From Gemmatimonadales bacterium (GTDB lineage: Bacteria; Gemmatimonadota; Gemmatimonadetes; Gemmatimonadales; GWC2-71-9), in the NCBI GenBank assembly GCA_033764135.1, contig JANRJE010000012.1, positions 67,290 to 131,289 of the forward strand: a stretch of DNA of 64,000 nt. The letters run 5' to 3'. Positions within the stretch are counted from its first letter, which is position 1. Each line of letters opens with the position of its first letter. Shown here one piece after another: positions 9,753 to 21,831 of the stretch. The notes under the pieces are model-generated. The model was not told the DNA's origin and ran no database searches. It worked only from the letters and a program-made list of their open reading frames with translations. The position numbers and the translations under genes were made by a program.

Positions 9753-10076
9753 TCAGTCATTCCCTGCCCGGACCGGCGAGTCGTGGAGCGCCTGGAAAGT
9801 ATAGATGCCGGTCCCGTGGCCATCGCTCCAGTGGACCTTGATCCCGTAGGCCCCGACCAACTCCAGGGTGGCCGGGGAAACGTCCGCCGGCACAGTGCGC
9901 GGGTCGAGAATCGGCCGGTGGCTCATCTCGTCGACGCAGCCGGCGCAGGGACAGGCCAGCCGCAGGGGACGGGCCGGGTACCATGCCGGATCGCTGCAAT
10001 CGGGCCAGACTATTTCGATTCCGTCGACCCGACGCCGAATTGCCTTCGGTACCACGACCTGTTGGGACACGACCAC
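9753..10076 (-). CDS. DUF971 family protein (gamma-butyrobetaine hydroxylase-like N-terminal domain)
   Basis: 'IVWPDCSDPAWYPARPLRLACPCAGCVDEMS...IKVHWSDGHGTGIYTFQAL' matches the DUF971 pattern. GTG start; the exact start is uncertain. Confidence 0.7.
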   Translation of the reverse strand: MVVSQQVVVPKAIRRRVDGIEIVWPDCSDPAWYPARPLRLACPCAGCVDEMSHRPILDPRTVPADVSPATLELVGAYGIKVHWSDGHGTGIYTFQALHDSPVRAGND

Positions 10077-10138
10077 TCCCTTCGATTACGTTTGAATGGT
10101 AACCTTCACCTGAATTCTACCTCAGGAATGCCGATATC

Positions 10139-12910
<2,772 letters not shown>

Positions 12911-12916
<6 letters not shown>

Positions 12917-13049
12917 GTCGTAGGTCGTAGGTCGTAAGTCGTAAGTCGTAGGTCGTAGGTCGTAAAAGGCGAGAAAGGTCGCTTCCGAAAAGGAAGCCGA
13001 CCTTTCAGACCTATGACCTATGACCTACGACCTATGACCCTATGACCTT
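12911..13049. repeat. Composite palindromic element: (GTCGTAG/GTCGTAA)x8, a central hairpin AGGTCGCTTCCGAAAAGGAAGCGACCT, then (CCTATGA/CCTACGA)x5. It sits between the convergent acnA and sigma-factor genes
   Basis: Read directly. The heptamer tandem arms are inverse to each other around a 9-bp-stem hairpin. The element starts at the acnA stop codon. Confidence 0.9.
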
Positions 13050-13053
13050 CCGC

Positions 13054-14028
13054 TCACGCCACCAAATCCTTCAACTTCTCCCCCGTCTCGCCCTCGCGGA
13101 GCCGGATCAGTGCCCGGTCGCGAAGCTGGCGGATCCGCTCGCGGGTGACCCCCATCATCCGGCCGATCTCCTCGAGGGTGCGCGGCTGGCCGTCGTCGAG
13201 GCCAAAATAGAGGCGTAGCACCTTGGCGTCACGCGGGGGGAGCGAGTCGAGGGCATCCTCGATGTCGGAACTCTGCGAATTGGCCATGGTGTTGGCGTCG
13301 GTGCCCTCCTGCTCTGCCAGGGCGAAGCGCTCCATCCGCTCGTTGCCGTCACCCTCGCGGGTGGGGTGGTCGAGGCGGACCGCCTCGGTGTTGAGCGAGG
13401 AGAGCGAGCGCACCGCCTCTTCGGTCAGCGAGGTGGCCCGGGCGAGTTCGCTGACGGTGGGCATCCGACCCATCCGCTCCTTGAGCAGCGTGGTGGTCTT
13501 GCCCAACCGGGAGAGATCGGCAGTACGGTTCAGCGGGACGCGGACCGGCCGACCATGCCGGGCGATCGCCGCCTGTACCGCCTGACGAATCCACCAGACA
13601 GCGTAGGAGATGAACTTGACGCCCCGATCCGGGTCGAACTTGCGGGCCGCCGTCATCAGGCCGAGGTTGCCCTCCCCGATCAGGTCGACCAGCGGAACGC
13701 CGCGATTCTGGAACTTCTTGGCGACCGAGACGACAAAGCGGACGTTGTGACGCGCCAGCTTCTCCTGGGCGATCACGTCGCCCTGGAACGCCTTCCGGGC
13801 CAGATCCATCTCCTCCTGGCGATTCAACAGCGGGACGCGCGAAATCTCGTCGAGGTAGAGATCGAGACTCTCCCGCCCCTCGTCAACCGCCCGCGCGATT
13901 TGCGCCGGACGCAATGAACGCCGCTTGCCACGCACCTTGCTGGTCACACGCACTCCTCTATTCCTGCGCTCCACGCCCCGGTCCGGACGGCGTCCGGCGG
14001 GGTCGAGGCGAGAATCAAACGAAATCAT
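13054..14028 (-). CDS. RNA polymerase sigma-70 family factor (RpoD/RpoS-like group 1/2, short form)
   Basis: Region 2 ('VSVAKKFQNRGVPLVDLIGEGNLGLMTAARKFDPDRGVKFISYAVWWIRQA'), region 3 and region 4.2 ('TLEEIGRMMGVTRERIRQLRDRALIRLR') were all seen. ATG at 14028 was chosen (~324 aa). The ORF extends to 14181. Confidence 0.85.
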   Translation of the reverse strand: MISFDSRLDPAGRRPDRGVERRNRGVRVTSKVRGKRRSLRPAQIARAVDEGRESLDLYLDEISRVPLLNRQEEMDLARKAFQGDVIAQEKLARHNVRFVVSVAKKFQNRGVPLVDLIGEGNLGLMTAARKFDPDRGVKFISYAVWWIRQAVQAAIARHGRPVRVPLNRTADLSRLGKTTTLLKERMGRMPTVSELARATSLTEEAVRSLSSLNTEAVRLDHPTREGDGNERMERFALAEQEGTDANTMANSQSSDIEDALDSLPPRDAKVLRLYFGLDDGQPRTLEEIGRMMGVTRERIRQLRDRALIRLREGETGEKLKDLVA

Positions 14029-14415
14029 GCAAAAATAACGATCCGGACCGTTTCCCGCAATTCGTGGGTGAACTCTTTGTGAAACATCACCCAACCTTAC
14101 GGCCGATGCCGTGAAACAGTTCCAGCGAGTCGACCCATGCCGGGACCCAATTGATACGCTGGCCCCCTCAAGTACGTTCAACCGGCGCTCTTGGACTCAC
14201 CTCGCCTCACCTTGGGAGACGCTCCCCGGCTCCCGGGAGTGACATTTGAGCCGTTTGGAGGTGGTTGGGGAAGAATTCGGCCGGTCCGGGTGTCACAGGG
14301 GATAGTGGCCGATCCGGCCCCGAGTGTCACCACTGACGGGGTGCCCACCGGCACCTGTTCACCCCTCTGAGGCCGCCAGCCGGACGGCGGCGGCCCCGGG
14401 TCTGGAGGTTCCTTC

Positions 14416-15552
14416 TTGCGGCGCAATACCACCATTCCTGGCATTCGCTACTCCTGGCTCTGGGTCGTCGCCACCTTCCTTCTAGCCCAAACGGCGGCGG
14501 CCCAGCGGCCCGGAGCTGGCAGCAACTGGAAAACCGACTTCACTCGCAGTTCGGTCGATTTGCGGGAAATAACCTCAGGCGGTCCCCCCAAGGACGGCAT
14601 CCCGTCGATTGATCGTCCCAAGTTCATAACGGTCGACGCCGCCTCCTGGTTGGGCGACCGGGAGCCGGTGATGGTGGTCTCCCACGGCGGCGAGACCAAG
14701 ATCTACCCGATCCAGATCCTGATCTGGCACGAGATCGTCAACGACGTGGTCGGTGGCCGACCCACCACGGTCACCTTCTGTCCGCTCTGCAACACGGCAC
14801 TGGTCTTTGATCGCCGCCTGAACGGTCGGGTCCTCGACTTCGGCACCACCGGTCAGCTCAGGCACTCCGATCTGGTGATGTATGACCGCCAGACCGAAAC
14901 CTGGTGGCAGCAGGCGAGCGGTGAGGGGATCGTGGGTGAGCTCACCGGCAAGGAGCTGGTGAGGGTGGACGCCCAGATGGTCGCCTGGGGCGAGGCCCGC
15001 CGCAACTTCCCCACCGCCAAGGTGCTCTCGCGGGAGACCGGTTATCGCCGCGAGTACGGTCGTAACCCCTATGCCCGCTATGACAACCCCGGCCAGAGCC
15101 CGATCGCGGCCTTCTTCTCGCGGAAGCCGGACCCCCGGCTGCCGGCTATGGAGCGGGTGGTCACCCTGGAATCGAAAGAGTCGCCGGTGGCGTACCCCTT
15201 CACCCGGCTAAGCAAGGAGCGGGTGGTCCACGACGACCACGACGGGGTGCCGATCGTGGTTCTCTGGAAGGAAGGAACCGCCAGCGCGCTCGACGCGAGC
15301 AACATCAATCAGGGCCGCGACGTCGGTGCGGTAGGGGTGTTCGAGAGCCGCCTGGACGGCAAGAAGCTCAGCTTCACCGCCACCAACGACGGCCGCTTCC
15401 GCGATGACGCCACCGGCTCGCTCTGGAATCTCTTCGGCGAGGCCGAGGCGGGACCGTCAAAGGGCCGCCGCCTGACCCCGATTCCCCACGGCAACCATTT
15501 CTGGTTCTCGTGGGTGACCTTCCGCCCCTCGACCCGGCTGGCCCAGCGCTGA
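14416..15552 (+). CDS. DUF3179 family secreted protein
   Basis: Signal peptide plus 'ILIWHEIVNDVVGGRPTTVTFCPLCNTALVFDR', which is characteristic of DUF3179. TTG start at 14416. Confidence 0.75.
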   Translation: MRRNTTIPGIRYSWLWVVATFLLAQTAAAQRPGAGSNWKTDFTRSSVDLREITSGGPPKDGIPSIDRPKFITVDAASWLGDREPVMVVSHGGETKIYPIQILIWHEIVNDVVGGRPTTVTFCPLCNTALVFDRRLNGRVLDFGTTGQLRHSDLVMYDRQTETWWQQASGEGIVGELTGKELVRVDAQMVAWGEARRNFPTAKVLSRETGYRREYGRNPYARYDNPGQSPIAAFFSRKPDPRLPAMERVVTLESKESPVAYPFTRLSKERVVHDDHDGVPIVVLWKEGTASALDASNINQGRDVGAVGVFESRLDGKKLSFTATNDGRFRDDATGSLWNLFGEAEAGPSKGRRLTPIPHGNHFWFSWVTFRPSTRLAQR

Positions 15553-15579
15553 GGACCAGCCGGTCGGGAGACGTTCCCG

Positions 15580-16977
15580 CTACAGCGCCTTGATCTCCGA
15601 GACCAGCGCGGAGAGCGAGGTCTTGGCATCGCCGAAGAGCATCGCCGTCTTGGGGTCGTAGAAGAGTTCGTTCTCGATCCCCGCGAACCCCGGATTCATC
15701 CCCCGCTTCATGACGATGATGCTGCGCGCCTTGTCGGCGTTGAGGATCGGCATCCCGTAGATCGGCGAGCTGGTGTCATGGCGCGCGGCCGGGTTGACGA
15801 CGTCGTTGGCACCGATGATCAGCGCCACGTCGGCCTGCTCGAAGGCGTCGTTGATTTCGTCCATGTCGTAGAGCCGGTCATACGGCACGTTCGCCTCGGC
15901 CAGCAGGACGTTCATGTGCCCCGGCATCCGGCCGGCCACCGGGTGGATGGCGTACTTGACCTCGCCGCCGTTCTTCTCGATCAGCTCGGCCAGTTCCCGC
16001 ACCACATGCTGCGCCTGCGCCACCGCGAGGCCGTAGCCGGGCACGATGATCACCTGCTGGGCGTAGGCGAGCTGCACGGCGGCATCGTCGGCCTTGACGC
16101 TTCTGACGGTGAGACCGGCACCGCTCTTCCCCCCCCCGGCGCCGCCAGCCGTGGCGGCACCGAAGGCACCGAAGAGAACATTGGCGAGCGAGCGGTTCAT
16201 CGCCTTGCACATGATCCTGGTGAGGATGATGCCGCTGGAGCCGACCAGCGCCCCGGCGATGATCAGCACGTGGTTGTTGATCACGAAGCCGGTCATCGCC
16301 GCCGCCACGCCCGAGTACGAATTGAGCAGCGCGATCACCACCGGCATGTCGGCGCCGCCGATCGGGATCACCAGCAGGATGCCGAGCAGCAGGGCGATCC
16401 CCAGGACGCCGTAGAACGGACCGAGGGCGGCCTCCGGAGTCATCACCTGCCACGCCGCCAAGCCGAGCACGGCGAGTGCCAGCAGCGACGACACCACTTG
16501 CTGGCCGGCATAGGTGATCGGCTTGCCGGTCATCACCTCCTGGAGCTTGGCCCAGGCGATCAGCGAACCGGTGAAGGTGATCGACCCGATGATCAGCGAG
16601 AGCTGGATGGTGATCCCGGTTTCGACCGGCAGCACCACCCCGCCGAGCTCCGACTTGAGCAGCTCGGCGCCGGCAACCAGCACCGAGGCCGCGCCGCCGA
16701 AGCCGTTGAGCAGGGCGACCATCTGGGGCATCGAGGTCATCTCGACCGAGCGCGCCATCCAGAGACCGATGCCGCCGCCGATCACGATGCCGGCGGCGAT
16801 CTCGATCCAGGAGAGCATTCCTCCGGCGAGCAGGGTGACGACGATGGCGAGCAGCATCCCCCAGGCCGAGAGCCGGTTGCCGGAGGCCGCGGTCGCGGGC
16901 GAGCCGAGCCGCTTGAGACCGATGATGAAGCAGGCGGATGCGACGAGGTAGCCGAGTTCGGCGAGTGCGTGCGGCAT
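15580..16977 (-). CDS. pntB: NAD(P) transhydrogenase subunit beta
   Basis: A multi-TM N-terminus, then the dIII NADP-binding domain 'VIIVPGYGLAVAQAQH...KYAIHPVAGRMPGHMNVLLAEA...IGANDVVNPAA'. ATG at 16977 overlaps the pntA-small stop. Confidence 0.95.
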   Translation of the reverse strand: MPHALAELGYLVASACFIIGLKRLGSPATAASGNRLSAWGMLLAIVVTLLAGGMLSWIEIAAGIVIGGGIGLWMARSVEMTSMPQMVALLNGFGGAASVLVAGAELLKSELGGVVLPVETGITIQLSLIIGSITFTGSLIAWAKLQEVMTGKPITYAGQQVVSSLLALAVLGLAAWQVMTPEAALGPFYGVLGIALLLGILLVIPIGGADMPVVIALLNSYSGVAAAMTGFVINNHVLIIAGALVGSSGIILTRIMCKAMNRSLANVLFGAFGAATAGGAGGGKSGAGLTVRSVKADDAAVQLAYAQQVIIVPGYGLAVAQAQHVVRELAELIEKNGGEVKYAIHPVAGRMPGHMNVLLAEANVPYDRLYDMDEINDAFEQADVALIIGANDVVNPAARHDTSSPIYGMPILNADKARSIIVMKRGMNPGFAGIENELFYDPKTAMLFGDAKTSLSALVSEIKAL

Positions 16978-17270
16978 CACTTCCCCCCCCCGTCCTTCTT
17001 GAACATCCGCAGCATCCGGTCGGTGACGGCATAGCCGCCCACCACGTTCATCATCGCGAAGGCGACCGCGCCCACGCCGAAGACGCTGCTGATCCAGCCG
17101 TGACCGCCGCCGGCGATGATCAGGGCGCCCACCACAGTGATCCCGGAGATGGCGTTGGACCCCGACATCAGCGGAGTGTGCAGAGTCGGCGGCACTCGCT
17201 GGATCAGTTCTATGCCGAGAAAGGTCGCGAGCGTGAAGATCGCGACGCCAATGATGATTCCTTCGCTCAT
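16977..17270 (-). CDS. pntAB: NAD(P) transhydrogenase subunit alpha part 2 (small membrane subunit)
   Basis: 'MSEGIIIGVAIFTLATFLGIELIQRVPPTLHTPLMSGSNAISGITVVGALIIAG', about 97 aa. ATG at 17270 overlaps the pntAA stop (ATGA). Confidence 0.9.
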   Translation of the reverse strand: MSEGIIIGVAIFTLATFLGIELIQRVPPTLHTPLMSGSNAISGITVVGALIIAGGGHGWISSVFGVGAVAFAMMNVVGGYAVTDRMLRMFKKDGGGK

Positions 17271-18370
17271 CAGGCCCCCTGGTGGCGCAGCGCGCCGTCG
17301 TGTGCGAGACACATCGCGCCGGTGATTTCGTCTTCGAGGTCGAGGTGCAGCCTGCCGTCCTTGCGCAGATGTTCCACCAGCGTCTGGACGTTGCGGGCGA
17401 ACATCTGCGAAGCGTGCAGCGGCATCGTGCTCGGCAGATTGAGCGGCCCGAGAATGGTGACCGGTCCGTGGACCACCGTCTCGCCGGCCCGGGTGAGTTC
17501 GCAGTTGCCGCCTGTTTCGGCCGAGACGTCGACGATCACCGCGCCGGGCTTCATCGCCTCGACCATCTCGCGGGTGATCAGGCGTGGTGCGGGACGGCCC
17601 GGAATCGCAGCCGTCGAGATCACCAGATCGGACTGCACGATCGCGCCGGAGACCGCCTCGAGCACCTTCTGTTGTTGCTCTTCTGCCAGTTCCCTGGCAT
17701 ACCCGCCCGCGGTCTCGGCGTCACCCGCGACCGCTTCGGGTGCCAGGAACTTGGCACCCAGCGAGAGCACCTGCTCCGCCGCCGCAGCGCGCACGTCGAA
17801 GCCGGTCACCACGCCGCCGAGACGGCGCGCAGTTGCGATTGCCTGCAACCCGGCGACGCCGGCACCGAGCACCAGCACCTTGCCAGGCGTGATCGACCCG
17901 GCAGCGGTGGTGAGCATCGGCAGGAAGCGCGGCATCGCACCTGCGCCGAGCAGCACCGCTTGATAACCCGCGACGGTGGCCTGGGAGGAGAGAATGTCCA
18001 TCGACTGCGCGCGGGTGATCCGGGGCACCCGCTCAAGCGCCAGCACGGTGATCCGGCGGCGAGCCAGCGCTTCGAGCGCGTCACGACTGTCGGGACCGAG
18101 CAGCGCGGCGAGCGCGGCACCTTCGGGCACCCGCGCGGCCTGTGCCGGATCGGGGCGACGCACGCCAAGCACCAGATCGGCCGCATCGAGTTGGGGTACG
18201 ATGGTGGCACCGACGGCGAGATACTCATCGTCGGAGTGGAAGGCAGCGAGACCGGCACCCGCCTCGACGGCGATGCTGTCCCCCCCCTTGATCAGCTTGG
18301 CAGCCGCATCGGGGGTGAGAGCGACGCGTCGTTCGCGTGGAGCGGTTTCCTTCAGGACTCCAATGTGCAT
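17270..18370 (-). CDS. pntAA: NAD(P) transhydrogenase subunit alpha part 1 (alanine dehydrogenase-like dI domain)
   Basis: 'MHIGVLKETAPRERRVALTPDAAAKLIKGG...VLVLGAGVAGLQAIATARRLGGVVTGFDVR' is the dI Rossmann domain. ATG at 18370. Confidence 0.9.
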   Translation of the reverse strand: MHIGVLKETAPRERRVALTPDAAAKLIKGGDSIAVEAGAGLAAFHSDDEYLAVGATIVPQLDAADLVLGVRRPDPAQAARVPEGAALAALLGPDSRDALEALARRRITVLALERVPRITRAQSMDILSSQATVAGYQAVLLGAGAMPRFLPMLTTAAGSITPGKVLVLGAGVAGLQAIATARRLGGVVTGFDVRAAAAEQVLSLGAKFLAPEAVAGDAETAGGYARELAEEQQQKVLEAVSGAIVQSDLVISTAAIPGRPAPRLITREMVEAMKPGAVIVDVSAETGGNCELTRAGETVVHGPVTILGPLNLPSTMPLHASQMFARNVQTLVEHLRKDGRLHLDLEDEITGAMCLAHDGALRHQGA

Positions 18371-18588
18371 CAGCGTGAGACTCCTCCGAAAAGGACCGGC
18401 CGTCAGGGGTGCTGCCGCAGCGAGGGAACGGGTGGAGGGACATCCCCACCGGTGGCTCGCGTCCCGCAAGCTACCGGGCGAACGGTAGACTTTCAACGGA
18501 GGAGGCAGTAGCCTCCCCGCATGACGCCGCCCGGAAGCACCGGAACGCCGGTTGAAAATCGGCCGACCCCCTCAGCGGGAAAATCCTG

Positions 18589-19509
18589 ATGCGGGAGGTC
18601 GCCTATGGCTTCGCGCCCGGCTCAATAGGCAATGTGGGAGCCGGACTCGACATCCTCGGACTGGCCGTCGCGGGGGCCGGCGACGAGACAACCATCCGTC
18701 TGACCGATGCTCCCGGGATCGAGGTGATCGACCCGGGACACCCCGACCTGCCGAGCGAGGCCGAGCGCAACAGCGCAGCGATCGCAGCGGCGGCAGTGTT
18801 CCGGAAAGTCGGCATCTCACCCCGGGTCACCATCGCAGTGCAGAAGGGGCTGCCCCTTTCCGGCGGTCAGGGTGGCAGCGCTGCATCGGCTGTGGCGGGT
18901 GCGGTGGCGGCGAATCAGCTGACCGAAGGCGGGCTGGACGCGGCGGCTCTGCTCGAATGCGCTCTGGCCGGGGAGACCGTCGTCTCGGGGCGACACGCCG
19001 ACAACCTGGCTCCGTCACTACTCGGCGGCCTGGTCCTGATCCGGAGCCTGGATCCGATGGATTTCGTCGCCCTGCCAGTGCCGGGCAGTCTCAGCGTGGT
19101 ACTGGTCCGCCCCGCAATGCAGATGCAGACCCGGACCGCACGCGCCGTGCTGCCGACGACGGTGTCGCGCGAACTGGCCATCGCCCAGGCGGCCAATGTC
19201 GCCGCGATGGTGGCCGGAGCGTGCCTCGGCGATCTGCGCCTGCTGGGTCGCGGGGTCAGCGACTGGATTGCCGAACCGGCGCGGGCACCGCTCCTGCCAG
19301 GGTTTCTCGCAGCCAAACAAGCGGCACTGGACGCCGGCGCGCTGGGCAGCTCGATCAGCGGTGCCGGTCCCACTGCATTTGCACTGGTCGACAGCGCCCA
19401 AGTCGCCGACGCGGTCGCCGCTGTGATGGTGGCCGCCTACGCCGCGGCCGGACTTGCTGCCACTGCCCGCATCGCGGCAATTGACCGTGAGGGCGCCCGG
19501 GCATGGTGA
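18589..19509 (+). CDS. thrB: Homoserine kinase (GHMP family)
   Basis: The GHMP motif 'KGLPLSGGQGGSAASAVAGAVAAN' and a thrB-like N-terminus 'APGSIGNVGAGLDILG'. ATG at 18589. Overlaps the thrC start. Confidence 0.85.
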   Translation: MREVAYGFAPGSIGNVGAGLDILGLAVAGAGDETTIRLTDAPGIEVIDPGHPDLPSEAERNSAAIAAAAVFRKVGISPRVTIAVQKGLPLSGGQGGSAASAVAGAVAANQLTEGGLDAAALLECALAGETVVSGRHADNLAPSLLGGLVLIRSLDPMDFVALPVPGSLSVVLVRPAMQMQTRTARAVLPTTVSRELAIAQAANVAAMVAGACLGDLRLLGRGVSDWIAEPARAPLLPGFLAAKQAALDAGALGSSISGAGPTAFALVDSAQVADAVAAVMVAAYAAAGLAATARIAAIDREGARAW

Positions 19510-20789
19510 ACGGATCAAGCTCGCCTCGGCAGATCTGCGACAGCTGCGGCAACGCCAGTGACGGCAGTGATGCGGCCCCGCGCTGCCGGCAATGCGGCGG
19601 CCTGCTCGCGCTGGTGCATCCCCCCCCCACACTGCGCGGCACCGCGCTCCGTGCCACCTTTGCCGACGCCTGCTGCGCCCGGCCGTCGCGCACCGCGTCG
19701 GGGGTATGGCGCTTCGGGGCGATCGTCCATCCCGACGCCGTTGATCAGGCGGTGAGCCACCCCGAGGGGAACACCCCACTGCTCCAGCGCGAAGCGCTCA
19801 GCGCGTGGACCGGGGTGACCGATCTCCTCCTCAAGCACGAAGGCCACAATCCCACCGGCTCCTTCAAGGATCGGGGGATGACGGTGGCTGTCACCCAGGC
19901 CCGGCGCATTGGCGCGAGGGCGATCGCCTGCGCCAGCACCGGGAACACCGCCGCGTCACTGGCCGCCTACGCTGCGCAGGCTGGGCTCCCGGGTGTGGTC
20001 TTCATTCCGGAGGGACAGGTCGCCCTCGGCAAACTGACCCAGTCGCTGGCCTATGGGGCACGTACCCTGATGATCGCGGGGGACTTCGACGCCTGCCTCA
20101 GGTTGCTGGAGGAGAGTGCCGATGCGCTGGGAGTCTACGTCGTCAATTCGATCAATCCCTTCCGGTTGGAGGGACAGAAGACGATTGTGCTTGAGCTGAT
20201 GCAGCAACTCGACTGGGAGGTGCCCGACTGGATCGTCCTCCCCGCAGGCAACCTCGGCAACACCGCGGCGTTCGGGAAGGCGGTCGCCGAGGCGCATGAC
20301 TGGGGCCTGATTTCCCGTCTCCCCCGACTGGCCTGTGTACAGGCCGCCGGCGCAGCCCCGTTCGCGGCAGCATTCGCTCGTCAATTCGACCGCTTGATCG
20401 CCGTCCGCCCCGAGACCATCGCCACCGCAATCCGGATCGGGGCGCCGGCCAGCTACGAGCGGGCGGTTCGCGCCATCCAGCAGACCGACGGCACGGTCAT
20501 ATCATGCAGTGATGATGAAATCATGGCGGCAAAGATGGAGATCGATCGGAGCGGTGTCGGAGCCGAACCGGCCAGCGCTGCCGCCGTCGCGGGAGTGCGT
20601 CAACTCCGCCAAGCGGGGATCATCCGCTCATCTGACCGAGTGGTGGCGGTGCTGACCGGACACATTCTGAAGGACCCCGGGATCCTCCAACAGCTTCACC
20701 AGGGTGACGGTCCCATCGCTCTGGGGGCGAACAGGCCGATCAAGGTCGCCGCCACTCTGGAGGCCATCGAGGCGGCACTCGCTGGCTGA
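19503..20789 (+). CDS. thrC: Threonine synthase (with N-terminal zinc-ribbon)
   Basis: 'HEGHNPTGSFKDRGMTVAVTQA' is the PLP lysine motif. The N-terminus has 'CDSCGN...CRQCGG'. ATG at 19503 overlaps the thrB stop. Confidence 0.9.
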   Translation: MVNGSSSPRQICDSCGNASDGSDAAPRCRQCGGLLALVHPPPTLRGTALRATFADACCARPSRTASGVWRFGAIVHPDAVDQAVSHPEGNTPLLQREALSAWTGVTDLLLKHEGHNPTGSFKDRGMTVAVTQARRIGARAIACASTGNTAASLAAYAAQAGLPGVVFIPEGQVALGKLTQSLAYGARTLMIAGDFDACLRLLEESADALGVYVVNSINPFRLEGQKTIVLELMQQLDWEVPDWIVLPAGNLGNTAAFGKAVAEAHDWGLISRLPRLACVQAAGAAPFAAAFARQFDRLIAVRPETIATAIRIGAPASYERAVRAIQQTDGTVISCSDDEIMAAKMEIDRSGVGAEPASAAAVAGVRQLRQAGIIRSSDRVVAVLTGHILKDPGILQQLHQGDGPIALGANRPIKVAATLEAIEAALAG

Positions 20790-21026
20790 GCCGCATGGGC
20801 TTGGGTTGGCACCGACGCCTCAGCTGTTGCCTTGGCACGACAATGGCGCTAGAAATCGTCGTGCGCACACCACAGCCAGCTCATTCAGCGGCCCTACCGA
20901 GCTGCTTCGACAACCCACAACCCGTTGCGAGTCAACGAGTTGAGAATATCGAGGCAAGCCCGGCACCCGCCTTGCCCATCAGTGGCCTGCGGGCCCATTC
21001 TCCCTGGGGCCCCTCAAGAGGAGCCG

Positions 21027-21803
21027 ATGCCCAGACTTTCTGTGAAGGTTATTGCCGCAGGTGCTGCGATCCTGCTCACCACTACCCCGGCCCGCGCCGA
21101 CGACCCGGAGAGCGGCTTCCCGACCGACTTCGGGCTCGCCACGCCGCTGGTCGCCACGGGGAACAACATGGTGGTCTCCTACTTTGGCTGGGAGGAGACC
21201 ACGGTGTTCGGCCATACGCTGTGGGCATTCACCACCGAGCAGTTGGTGGCCAACCAGAGCTGCTTTGGCTGGTCGGTGACGGGGAGTTGCCTGGCCAACA
21301 ACCAGATCGTGGGAGAGAACATCGCCACCAAGAGCTACGGGGCGCAGGCCAACCCGTTCCTCGGCAGTCCGACCACTTCGAACTTTGCCTGGACAGCGGG
21401 CACCGAAGTGGTGTTCGGGTTGATGGTTCAGCAGGCGATCAACAACCAGGATCTTTCGCAGGGGTTCGGCTACAACTGGTTCTTCTCGGGCGACCCGCTC
21501 CGCAATTCGGCGACCGACGGCTTCGCACATCTGGCATTCTTCGGGACCGGGGGAGTGCCGGGCGACGACGGCGTCGGCATCATCCCGGGTACCGAGGGGA
21601 AGTTCTTCTTCGGCTTCGAGGACGTCGCCTACGAGTTCAGCGACTGGGACTTCGACAACGCGATCTTCCAGGTCGATTTCAACTCGATCAATCCGCCGAC
21701 CGACGTGGTGCCCGAGCCGACTACCATGACGCTGCTGGCCACCGGGCTGATCTCGCTGGCGGCTGCCGGCCGACGGCGCCGGAAGTCGCCACCTCCCGCC
21801 TGA
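21027..21803 (+). CDS. PEP-CTERM sorting-domain secreted protein
   Basis: Signal peptide 'MPRLSVKVIAAGAAILLTTTPARA' with an RBS-like AAGAGGAG upstream. The C-terminus 'VVPEPTTMTLLATGLISLAAAGRRRRK' is a canonical PEP-CTERM motif plus TM helix plus basic tail. Confidence 0.85.
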   Translation: MPRLSVKVIAAGAAILLTTTPARADDPESGFPTDFGLATPLVATGNNMVVSYFGWEETTVFGHTLWAFTTEQLVANQSCFGWSVTGSCLANNQIVGENIATKSYGAQANPFLGSPTTSNFAWTAGTEVVFGLMVQQAINNQDLSQGFGYNWFFSGDPLRNSATDGFAHLAFFGTGGVPGDDGVGIIPGTEGKFFFGFEDVAYEFSDWDFDNAIFQVDFNSINPPTDVVPEPTTMTLLATGLISLAAAGRRRRKSPPPA

Positions 21804-21831
21804 CGCTCAGGCACTCAGGGGGGGGCACGCC

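Noticed and set aside
15778-17034. 418-aa plus ORF and 384-aa minus ORF (15878-17032) overlapping pntB
   Set aside because: Alternative frames of pntB, with His/Asp/Arg/Gly-rich artefact translations.
18371-18588. Possible riboswitch or leader upstream of thrB (218-bp gap)
   Set aside because: No recognisable conserved riboswitch core was seen by eye. It is more likely to be divergent pntAA/thrB promoters. This cannot be assessed without a covariance-model search.
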